This document shows positions 39,985 to 50,177 of a stretch of 64,000 bases of DNA, piece by piece. The notes beneath the pieces were generated by a model that was not told the DNA's origin, did no database searches, and saw only the letters and a list, made by a program, of their open reading frames with translations. The stretch comes from Tubiluchus corallicola (Eukaryota; Animalia; Priapulida): NCBI GenBank assembly GCA_030141605.1, contig JAQGDQ010000057.1, positions 682,001 to 746,000 on the forward strand, written 5' to 3'. Position numbers and translations under genes: made by a program. The number at the start of each line of letters is the position of its first letter. The first letter of the stretch is position 1.

Positions 39985-41291
39985 GATGCTGCAACGTTTA
40001 ATGAATAAGACCCAATCATATTAGGTATGGTACTAAAAGCAAAGATACAGTAACATACTGAAAAACTAAAATTTTACATGTCATTATTATAGGGTAATCT
40101 TATAAGAGCAAGTTGTTGTGCACCACGACAGATAACAGAGATGCAATTCATAGTGCAAACAGAGACATAGTTCAAAGTTTTGCACAAATAAAGTGAATTA
40201 GAACAACACTTCAGTGGTACAGCAAGTCACGGTCACGTGGTTTCTCTGTAGAGGTGTAATTACATCAGCTTAAATTAATTGTGATAAACATGCGCATTTA
40301 AAGAGAGACAAGATTAAAGCAAATAAAATGACATTTTGTTATGGAGAATTCGTCTGTGCTACTGGACATATTATAAGTGGAATGGTTTTTGACTAATTTT
40401 GAAAAACTATAATTGAAACTTTCTTAATATTTATAAGAACTACACAATCATATGAGTTTGGCCATATTGTCAGGCAAACCTGCTCATTACAGATGAGAAT
40501 AGCACAATAGTCCTTAACGAGCTACTTGCTTACCACAGCTATCATTCTTTGAACAGCTGGTCTGAGGCTATTACAAATGTGATTCTTTACTTCTACCTTC
40601 ATGAGGATATCATTACAGCTAAACAAAGTCCATGGGACAATTGTACAGATTTCTTAGCAAAAAAAAACAGTGAGACATAGTGTGTTCACTTGCTAAGCCT
40701 GTTCATGAGGTAGATTTGGTTGACACTGTCGAGGTTAGGAAAGACCCGATGGAGAACAGTTTGTGTTTTTAGCACAAAGTACTGAAGGTGGGAAAGCGAA
40801 AAGTACAAAAGACTTGTACTTACCACTAAAGAACAGAACGGACGTATAACAGGTAACATAGATTAGACAAACATACAAAACACGAAGAACAGACATGTTG
40901 ATATCCCTAGGCCCAAAGACAAAAGTAAACAACATTATGAAATGTCGGTAAAGAAAAAGTGCTTAACAAAATTATACTTGCTAGCTCTGATTTAGATAAA
41001 ACTGGCTTCCTGGCTTTATGATTCCTCAGAAAAACTTTTAATAAACAGAAGCCTAAACTTGAAAATTCAAAGAAAACAAATGCTCAGTATCCTTGACAAT
41101 CACCTGACAGTTATTGCTTTTATAAAACATATTTTATGGACTACAGAAGCAAAGTATTTTTATTTTTCAGAGGTCTCAACTACATGAAATTTTAAATTAT
41201 CTAACTTTTCTTGAAGCCAAAATTATAACTTGGAAGGCTGCACTGATTTTTTATTTTCCTTTAAAGAATCAACAACAAGTATCATATTTAC

Positions 41292-41459
41292 CTAACTGTT
41301 CTTGTGTGCGTAGAATATTAAAACATGGCTCTGATATTATTTGACAAAATAGCTCCAGCAGAGTGTTTACGTGCATTTCCTGTAGATGGCACTGATAGTA
41401 CAATTCCACTGCAGAACTGACTTGCACCTCGTTTGCTTGTTTGTACACGTAATGACACC
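41292..41459 (-). CDS. IDE: IDE exon
   Basis: ...LLELFCQIISEPCFNILRTQEQL(G). Confidence 0.96.
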
Positions 41460-41645
41460 CTATAATCAAATGACACTATCTTAACACATTTATCTGAGTA
41501 CAGGATATTGTTTGTACAAGTTTAAAGTGTTGTACTTCATAGAAACTCAAGAAGCACAAAAATCAACGTGTAAATTTTGTAAATTTTACATCCAATCTAA
41601 TAAATTCTAACTGTTTATAGTCAGTGGTACATGACATTACATTAC

Positions 41646-41757
41646 CATCAGGTAGCTGATATTCTCGATTCTTCAGTAGCTGACTGGGAAGAAGGGGCTT
41701 TGTATTTACTGCTTTTTGTAAAGTATCTTCTATAATGCTTATGTACTCTTTGGCTTT
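41646..41757 (-). CDS. IDE: IDE exon
   Basis: KAKEYISIIEDTLQKAVNTKPLLPSQLLKNREYQLPD; different frame from the listed ORF 41648..41917. Confidence 0.95.
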
Positions 41758-42028
41758 CTGAAAAACACATAAACAGACAACAATAAGTGATTAGAATCGT
41801 AATAAAAATATATAGTACAACAGACTTACACAATGCAGACTGCTTAAAGACAGCTACAATGAAACCATTATTATTTGGGTTATTTCCAGCGCAAACAGAA
41901 AACAGGTGGGCAAGCAAAACACGTCATATGATAAATGTCGACAAACAACACCTGCCAAATTGTCAATAATTTTGTGCTCTTAGCTTGAAGCATCATTATC
42001 ACCTAAACTTATCAAATTGTTGTTAACG

Positions 42029-43498
42029 ATGAAGCTACGAATAGTTGTCTGGTTGTTTCTAGTTCCTCAAATAACTTTTCTATTAAAAGCCGGTCTACAA
42101 CACAGCACACTAGGTTGCAATTACGTGCAAAATTCTGCTAGTTTAGCTGTCACATTGAAATGCCTTCCTTCAAACAATAAGCAAAGAAGCTTGAACGGCA
42201 AGCATCTGCAGCTAGCACATTGGCTTGAGGATGAAGCGCTGCATGGCGCTGTGGTTTCACCACTCATAGAACTGCTCAGTGAAATTTTAAACTTCACTTA
42301 CACAATGCGATTCTACTCACTGACAACGACCACCTACACTGACATAGCTCATCGGGAAGAAGCCGACATACTAACGAGCATCATAACAAGCACACCTGAA
42401 CGGCAAAAATTTCTTTACTTCCTTCCAGGAATCTACGACTCAGCACAAACCCTTCTCATAAAAAGACCAGAAAAGAGCAGTTGCGGTGGACATTTTCTAA
42501 GTCCATTTCGTTGGGACATCTGGCTCCCAGCTTTTGCTTGTGGTCTTATTACAGGCTGCATAATTGCAATAGAAGAAATATACATTTCATCACTATCCAG
42601 GAACAGCAAAAAAGAACTGCATTTGAACATCGTTTACTACGGTACTTACGTACTTGCTGTGTTTGTTCAACAAGGTATGGCAAAATTGCCAAAGAGTGTG
42701 TCAAGCCGAATACTGATATCATGTTGGTGGCTTTTCATAGTGACCTTATCAGGATTGTATGCTGGTACCCTGGTATCATTGCTTACATTAGAAACACCTG
42801 TGTATCCATTTAGATCATTAGATGATTTACTAGATAGTTCCATTACTCCAGTTAGCATACCAGGTTGGGTTGCAACAGAGAGACTAAGCAGTTCCTCACC
42901 AGACATGATATATGGAAAACTGTGGAGTAAGATGAAACAAAGCAAAGCATTTTCACCAAAAACAACAGATGAAGCTCTAGAGTTAGTAGCTACAGGGCAA
43001 CACGCCTTCTTCTCAATGAGAAATGAATTAGAGTTACTCAGCATTCAAGATTTTCAGAAAACTGGTAAATGCCGTTTCGCAGTAGCACCATTTGCAGAAA
43101 TGGATAAAGAGGTTTACAGTTGGGCTGTTCCACTTAACAGTTCAGATAAAAGTGCACTTGAATATGGAATGCAGATTCTTCAACAAAATGGAATGATGCA
43201 AAATATTGCTGATAACATCTACAGCCAACTCGGATCACACTGTTTGCAACCAGTCAGTCAAGCATTTGAAGAAGATACTATTGAACTTGCTGACATGAAT
43301 GCAGCATTTGTTTTAGTTATTGCTGGTCTTCTGATGGCAGCTTGTGCAGGTTTTGCAGAATTTTTAACTTGCAAACTGTCACCTATGCTTGCAACAATTA
43401 AAGAACAATTAGATATAAAACCAAAAGTACAAACTGAAGTCCCTGGCATCTTAGAAATCGAAAGTATTGAAATATTTTTAAAAGACAACAAGAAATAA
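42029..43498 (+). CDS. Intronless divergent ionotropic receptor (IR/iGluR-like), copy 1
   Basis: Signal-peptide-like start; S1 (LNFTYT, ADIL..TPER); FLSPFRWDIW plus M1; pore loop FVQQG; M3 WWLF..LYAGTLVSLLT; S2 (GKCRF, YSWAVP); M4; no ATD. Confidence 0.9.
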   Translation: MKLRIVVWLFLVPQITFLLKAGLQHSTLGCNYVQNSASLAVTLKCLPSNNKQRSLNGKHLQLAHWLEDEALHGAVVSPLIELLSEILNFTYTMRFYSLTTTTYTDIAHREEADILTSIITSTPERQKFLYFLPGIYDSAQTLLIKRPEKSSCGGHFLSPFRWDIWLPAFACGLITGCIIAIEEIYISSLSRNSKKELHLNIVYYGTYVLAVFVQQGMAKLPKSVSSRILISCWWLFIVTLSGLYAGTLVSLLTLETPVYPFRSLDDLLDSSITPVSIPGWVATERLSSSSPDMIYGKLWSKMKQSKAFSPKTTDEALELVATGQHAFFSMRNELELLSIQDFQKTGKCRFAVAPFAEMDKEVYSWAVPLNSSDKSALEYGMQILQQNGMMQNIADNIYSQLGSHCLQPVSQAFEEDTIELADMNAAFVLVIAGLLMAACAGFAEFLTCKLSPMLATIKEQLDIKPKVQTEVPGILEIESIEIFLKDNKK

Positions 43499-44727
43499 GT
43501 TGTGCAAATATTCAGAGACAACATGCAGTGAAAATATCACCATACACTTTCGGTACACAGGAGATCACATCAAAGTTGCAGTACGAAATAAGAATAAAAC
43601 AGCATTGCATAGCATGGCTCCTAACAGCATTTGCAGAATAGGGTGCAGAAGGAATACTCGTATACTGTCAGAATCTTTAGGCTGATAACATATTGGAAAA
43701 GCTCCGTATCTGTCAAACTGAATGCTACATATACATTTTCCCTTTAGATAATTGTTGCACAAACAGTGGAAATTGGTTTGTCTGGTGAAACTGATATGTA
43801 TACTTGTGTTGGAGAGTTTTTGCAAGATACGAAAATTTACAAGAAAATGTCAGCGTCTGGTAATTATAGTTTTATGGTCTAATTCCATGCTACACAAGGA
43901 CAGTGCACTTTAACAGTAATTTAGGAGAAAATCCACGCCGACATTGGTGTAAGATATAGCTTGACATTATCAGTAGCAAAATGGCAGATATGAAAAGTAA
44001 TTTCCAGCATTAAGTCCTAGGCCCTCATAAATGTTAAAACCTGACATATGGCTACAAAAGCTATGCACAGAAGACAAGTAAACTAAGAGTTATTAGTCGA
44101 CGTTCAACTTAGCTATATGGAAATTTGTCATACAACTGGTGTTCTCATTTCTGTGTTATCAGTATACACATACTTTTTTGTATTTTTCTCTTATGGTATA
44201 CTGCAATTCTTCTAAATGCTATGCTTAACTAGTGACTGTGTTTCGTTGTAAAATCTAAAATGAATAAAATTTAAATCTTCATGCTTTTTGTTGCTTTTCA
44301 TTCTTTTTCCTGTTCACCTAAATTTTTAGTTGACTATGTCTAGGTAAACAGTTAGTGCTGCCTACTGGCTTAACTAGTTTTAGCACGAAAATGGCTTCCT
44401 ACTGCAAAGAAAATATTTGATGAACCCATATGAAGAATTGATTCCAGTTATTTGCTGAAGGGGCCACAGTTTAAACACCTGCATTATTTCCATTATTAAT
44501 AAAGACGCTCAAGACCACTAGTCATACAACTAATACTGCTGAAAAAGCTGAACAAATTGTCTAAGAACGCAGAAACCGTATATTACTATAAAGTGAATCA
44601 ATATTGGTGAACAACAGTAACGCCATTGCTATGCCATCATCGCCAGCTTTATAGTCGAACCAAATAAGATTTTATTTGGTACTGCTGCTAAATGGAAGGC
44701 AGACATCACTCGACGACAGTAAGATAT

Positions 44728-44975
44728 CTAGACGTGATTAGTAGAGCTCTAAATTTGACTTGCATTACACTGTTCAATATTTCAATTTGAAAATACAAGA
44801 TGCACAGAAAAATGCAGAGAGACAGGAGTTTATTATTTCTGTGGAAAAATGCGTAATGTACCAAAACTACATTAGCTACACCTTAGCATGATTTTTACAG
44901 AAACATGTCGAAACTCTACAGAAAAGAGAGGTTTAAAAGATTATAATGTTTTGGTGGTGATTGTTGCTCTAATTA
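44728..44975 (+). pseudogene. Relic of a fourth IR paralog
   Basis: LDVISRALNLT/YTVQYFNL (cf. copy 2 LELISTSLNLTYTVQHFSL) and YISYTLA*FLQKHVETLQKREV*KIIMFWW*LLL (cf. copy 3 YTGYTLASFLQKDGLHLPKSVASRALMSNWWLFVL), with a frameshift, internal deletion and stops. Confidence 0.75.
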
Positions 44976-45956
44976 TATACAATTATGTGCAATAGTTTAG
45001 ACCTCGGCAGTTATGATAATGTGGTACTGTTAAAACAAAAGGATACTGTAGTTTTGCATAACTAACTCAGTTGAATCACACAAAAGGACACTAAACTAAA
45101 ATCTGTACAAAACAGAATTTAACTAATTCACCAAGGAGGTTTCAAAAACAGACTTAGCAAAAACATTTTGGGCAAAAATGGTTCGCAGTGCATCATATCT
45201 GCTATACAAATTATTAAAGCCAAGTTGTCAGTCCAACAGATCTGCTCTCCTCATTCGCCATTCTGTCGACTAGATATAAAGACAGAATATGCATAACTTG
45301 CACTTAACAGTCTTCTTTGAAAAAGAAAATTCGTCACTTATGAAGTTTAGTGTAACCTTATACACATGAAAACGTTGCATTAAGTCATCTATATCTAAAA
45401 TAATTAGAACAAAGGAAAGTGCTCACATTAGGTCACTCAAAGGTGAATTAGGTCAGCCAAATGTAACACATTAAAAGTTATGTGTTCTAGATTTCTTAAA
45501 ACTTGTGTAAATTTTCTGCTTTACTTGCTTTTCATCTCTGCTATCTATCATATATTATTAAAAGAAAAATTTGGTTGATAAAAAAGATGAGAGCACTACA
45601 CTCAATTTAGCCAACTGTTGGGGGTAAAATGTAAGATAGGAATATGGCATTGTTGACCATATATGCATTGACTTGTAAAACTACTCTATCAATGACAAAC
45701 GCTAATGGATATAGAGCAATGTACACATGTATTCATGTCAAATCATAACCTATAATTGAAACGGAAAATAGGTATAGCCAACCTATAGAAAAAGTGTTGA
45801 CATTACTCTGATGATGTTACGAAATTGGTTCACTGTAGTGTTGTGCATCGTAGTGCCTAGCTGAGGAATATTCTTCATATATGTAGTCTATTCCCTTGTA
45901 AAAACGTGAACACAAATGTGGAAAACATTATCAAACAAGCCACTCAAAAGTCTAAA

Positions 45957-47414
45957 ATGAAGCTCACATGTGGCTTCATCTTACTTATTTTTTGTAGAAG
46001 TTGTTTAATGGTAAAAGAAGAACATCATGTTTATCACCAGAAAAATGAAAGGGCGTGTCATCAACACAAGAACGTAAGAACATATCAGGCATCAATCCTA
46101 CAAACTCTCGACCAGAAGCACGAAAGCGAGAAGCATATTAGGGCAGCATATGCTATAGAAGATACAGAGTTCACAATTTTGATTATGTTACCGTTATTAG
46201 AGCTGATTAGTACCTCACTCAATTTAACATATACAGTTCAACACTTTTCTTTAGCCAATATAAGTTATATTGAAATGGGTGAAAAATGTGACTTGATAAT
46301 TAGTCCCCTCTTATGGACATCAGAACGCAGCAAAAGCTTATCATTCATATTTCCTGGTTGGAGTACAAGTGAAACACTACTAATTAAGCAACCACTGGAA
46401 AATATCCGAAAACATGGATTTATAACACCATTCAGCACAAGCACTTGGTTAGCAATGCTAGGATGCAGTTTTGTAATTGGACTATTACTGTTTCTAGGAG
46501 AAAAAGCTATTTCGAATCTAAAGAGACAAGATGACACACCAAGCAGCTTGTACTTCACCAGCTTCGCTCTTGCTTCCTTTGTACAGAAGGATGCTCCACA
46601 TTTACCTAAGAGTTTGGCTTCTAGAACATTAATGGCATGCTGGTGGATGTTTGCAATAACAGTAACTGGTTTGTATGCAGGCATTCTAGTGTCGTACCTG
46701 ACACTCCGAGCACCTGCTTACCCGTTTACATTACTGGAAGAGTTGTTAGAAAGTGACATAACGCCTATCAGTTTACCCGGGTGGGCAGCAACTGAGAGGT
46801 TTCAGAATAGCCCAAGTAACACGATAAATGGTAAAATATGGCAAAAGATGCAAGTGGATAAACACTCTTTTCCAAAAACACTGGACAAAGCTTTGGAGTT
46901 AGTTTCCACTGGCCGTTACACTTTTGTTGGTGGTGAGAATGACTTGAACATGTTACTAATGAAAGATTTCAGAAAGACTGGTAAATGCCGATTCTCAAAA
47001 GCTCCATTTACGGTGACACCAACCCAGTTCGGTTGGGCCGTCCCAAAAGGTGGCTGGAAACAAGACATCATTGAGTATGGGTTCCAAATGATTTCTCAGA
47101 GCGGACTGGTTGAAAAGATTATAATAGATGCACATTATCAAAATGGTTCACAGTGTTTGAATCCTGTTACACAAATAGTTCAAAAACAAGTCCTGAGCAC
47201 CACAGATCTCCTACCAGCATTCATTATCATTATCACTGGCAGCTTGGGTGGTGCATTCTTGGTGGGATGTGAACATTTGTACAAAAGAGCTAATGGTTGT
47301 CTTACCACAAAACAAAACACACCTGCCCCAATTCCCGAAAATGCTGATGAGGAAGAATATTTCTGCAAGTTATGTAAACACCTTAAAACTATGCCTAAAA
47401 ATAAAAATTCCTAA
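45957..47414 (+). CDS. Intronless divergent ionotropic receptor, copy 2
   Basis: Same topology; TSER, FITPFSTSTW, FVQKD, WWMF..LYAGILVSYLT, GKCRF, FGWAVP, M4 PAFIIIITG; first ATG at 45957. Confidence 0.9.
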   Translation: MKLTCGFILLIFCRSCLMVKEEHHVYHQKNERACHQHKNVRTYQASILQTLDQKHESEKHIRAAYAIEDTEFTILIMLPLLELISTSLNLTYTVQHFSLANISYIEMGEKCDLIISPLLWTSERSKSLSFIFPGWSTSETLLIKQPLENIRKHGFITPFSTSTWLAMLGCSFVIGLLLFLGEKAISNLKRQDDTPSSLYFTSFALASFVQKDAPHLPKSLASRTLMACWWMFAITVTGLYAGILVSYLTLRAPAYPFTLLEELLESDITPISLPGWAATERFQNSPSNTINGKIWQKMQVDKHSFPKTLDKALELVSTGRYTFVGGENDLNMLLMKDFRKTGKCRFSKAPFTVTPTQFGWAVPKGGWKQDIIEYGFQMISQSGLVEKIIIDAHYQNGSQCLNPVTQIVQKQVLSTTDLLPAFIIIITGSLGGAFLVGCEHLYKRANGCLTTKQNTPAPIPENADEEEYFCKLCKHLKTMPKNKNS

Positions 47415-48836
47415 ATTTACTGTTGAATAAATCTACCTTAGTTTTTATTTTCATAGCTCTAATTAAATACACATATGGTAATATACCGTATTAGTAAAGC
47501 ACATTAGTTCATTTTACATTAACTCCTAGACCTCTTAGACCACACAACTAAGAAGGCTTAACACAAATTTAACGAATGGTGTAAGAAGAATATTGTTGAT
47601 AATACTTTTTACAATTATTAAGTTTTTTTGAAATGTTTACAACTGATACTTAATGCGTGTGTAACTTTCGTATAAGTGCATTTTGTCGAACAATGATGTG
47701 TTTTATAGCCCTGTTGAAGCTGTTATCACTGTGAAACATGTGTAGAATGACAACAAAGGTGTCTGTAAAACAACACCAGCACAAACGATCGTTACAATAA
47801 TTAAAAACTACCTAGCTTTGGGCAGAAATAATGCTGCGTCAAATAAAAATAACTAATACAATTGTTGTTACAAACAAACAAAATACTACAGTTGCAAAGG
47901 CCTGCTAATTGCATGTAGTGAATAATGGCTACAAAACAGGTAATATGCCATGTCTCGTCTTACTGCTACCTAGTTTTATCATAGTCATGTAGTGCTCATT
48001 GGTCAAATATGTTCATGCTGAAAAGACCGTTGTTTTGCAAACTACAGCTTTATTCGTGTAGGTCTACACGATAATCCTAAAAAATTTAAAAGGCAAACTG
48101 AATTACATACTTCTTCCCCATTATCAAAGGAATCTGAAACACTGTGTCAGTATTTAGCATTCTTACAAGCTGCAGCTCATCTAGACTACAGCCTATTTCT
48201 TTAGTTACGTAACTCTTTATCTCTGTAGAAATAAAGCCTAAATTTACTCATCAATAGTCCTTCACCAATGGTAATTTACCGTGAGTGAATTTTCGATAAC
48301 TCTGTAGGCCTACACGAATAATCTAATATCCTTTCTCAAAACAGTCAAAATATCTGTCCATTCACTCAAATCATCAGCAAATTCTTACTTGGAATTTAAA
48401 TATTTACATTCAAATTGAGGCTTCCTTATAAAATTTATAACTGCTTCACAATGTTTACATATGCCACGTAAATCACATGTACATTGGCTTGTTTGTCCAG
48501 TTTCAATAGCTAGTAGTAGCATGTCAGTAGAATATAAACAATTAGGACATATCTTTGTATAGCCATGAATATTGACAAATGTATTAATTTCACTTTGACA
48601 ATAAATACTGGTCAATTATGCTGTAACAATAGAGCAGCAGAACTATAAATACTCCAAGTCTCAAAGTCAATAACAGACAACATATCTTTGTAAAGACAAT
48701 TGGCTCTTATTGCTGTAACCAGAAAAAATAAATCAATAATTGACAACTTGGCTTTTCAACTTCCCCTTGGTAACATTTCCTATACACGCACTTGCTGCAC
48801 AACATACCTTGTGACCGCTACATGTGACTGCTCACA

Positions 48837-50177
48837 ATGAAGATGCTTGAATTTACATTTGTGTGGATGATCAGCTTACACACTACAGCTTGTTACGCTG
48901 ATATTGTGGGCAGAAACCCTAAAAATGATTCCTGTTTGTGTACTAAGCAATGTATATGCAAGCAGTATATTAGTGATGGCAAAAATGAAACGTGGTGTAA
49001 TGTAATAATAAACAAAACAAAAATAAATGAACATCTGCATATTAAAGCTGCATATGCAGATGAAGATGTTCATATTTCTGCTAGAACAGTTCTGCCGTTA
49101 CTAGATATCTTGACGAAAACCTTAAACATAACATATACACTCGAATATTTCAAACTGTCTGAAATGGATTATATCGATCTAATGAAATCCGGAAAAGCAG
49201 ACTTGCTAGTGAGTCCAATTGCTTTAACAACAAGACGAAGTAAATATATGGTGTTTTTACCCATGGGCTGGAGAATCCCAACGAAATTTTTAATAAAAAA
49301 AACAGGAGAAAGTATTAACGGATCATCACTTGTAGCACCATTCAGTTTGAATATTTGGCTGACCCTGCTAGCATGTAGTGTTGCAGTTGGTGGTTTATTA
49401 TATGCAGGAGAAAGGCATCTATTACACCAAATTGGCGAGGAAGCACAATTGCCAAAAGTAATGTACTATACTGGATACACTCTGGCTTCTTTTCTGCAAA
49501 AGGATGGGCTACATTTACCTAAAAGTGTAGCTTCACGAGCTCTAATGTCAAATTGGTGGTTGTTTGTACTCACGGTTACAGGTTTATACACAGGTATGCT
49601 AGTGTCATTTTTGACCCTAAGAATGCCCGTCTATCCATTTACATCATTAGAAGAATTGCTTAAAAGTACTATTACACCATCTGGTATACCAGGCTGGGCA
49701 AGCACTGAAAAGTTTCGTCTCAAATCAGCAGATACCATCTATGGAAAACTATGGATGAAAATGCAGATGGACAAAACATCCCTGCCAAGAAACACAGATG
49801 AGGCACTAGATTTAGTCTCTACTGGAAAATATGCTTTCATGGCATCAGAATTTGAATTAAACATGTTGAGAATCAATGATTGTCATAGATATGGAGAGTG
49901 TCGATTCTCTCTGGCTCCATTTGAAATATCCATGGAAGAATATGGCTGGGCTGTACCTCTAGACAGCAAACACTTGCCTATGTTTGAATATGGTATCCAG
50001 TTACTATCGCAAAATGGTATAATTGAAAAGGTCATGCTTGATGCTTATAAGCAAAATGGTTCACAATGTTTAGTGCCAGCCACTCAAGCTTTCAAAAAAC
50101 GAGTTCTCAGTCTCACTGAATACAACCAGCATTTGTTATATTACTTTTGGCATTTTTGTTTGAGCACCTGTATGTGA
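48837..50177 (+). CDS. Intronless divergent ionotropic receptor, copy 3; frameshifted just before M4 (possible young pseudogene)
   Basis: Colinear with copies 1-2 up to VLSLTE; the M4-like QPAFVILLLAFL continues in another frame from about 50123. Confidence 0.82.
   Translation: MKMLEFTFVWMISLHTTACYADIVGRNPKNDSCLCTKQCICKQYISDGKNETWCNVIINKTKINEHLHIKAAYADEDVHISARTVLPLLDILTKTLNITYTLEYFKLSEMDYIDLMKSGKADLLVSPIALTTRRSKYMVFLPMGWRIPTKFLIKKTGESINGSSLVAPFSLNIWLTLLACSVAVGGLLYAGERHLLHQIGEEAQLPKVMYYTGYTLASFLQKDGLHLPKSVASRALMSNWWLFVLTVTGLYTGMLVSFLTLRMPVYPFTSLEELLKSTITPSGIPGWASTEKFRLKSADTIYGKLWMKMQMDKTSLPRNTDEALDLVSTGKYAFMASEFELNMLRINDCHRYGECRFSLAPFEISMEEYGWAVPLDSKHLPMFEYGIQLLSQNGIIEKVMLDAYKQNGSQCLVPATQAFKKRVLSLTEYNQHLLYYFWHFCLSTCM

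Noticed and set aside
42433-47430. Several overlapping or antisense ORFs within the receptor genes
   Set aside because: Shadow frames of real coding sequence
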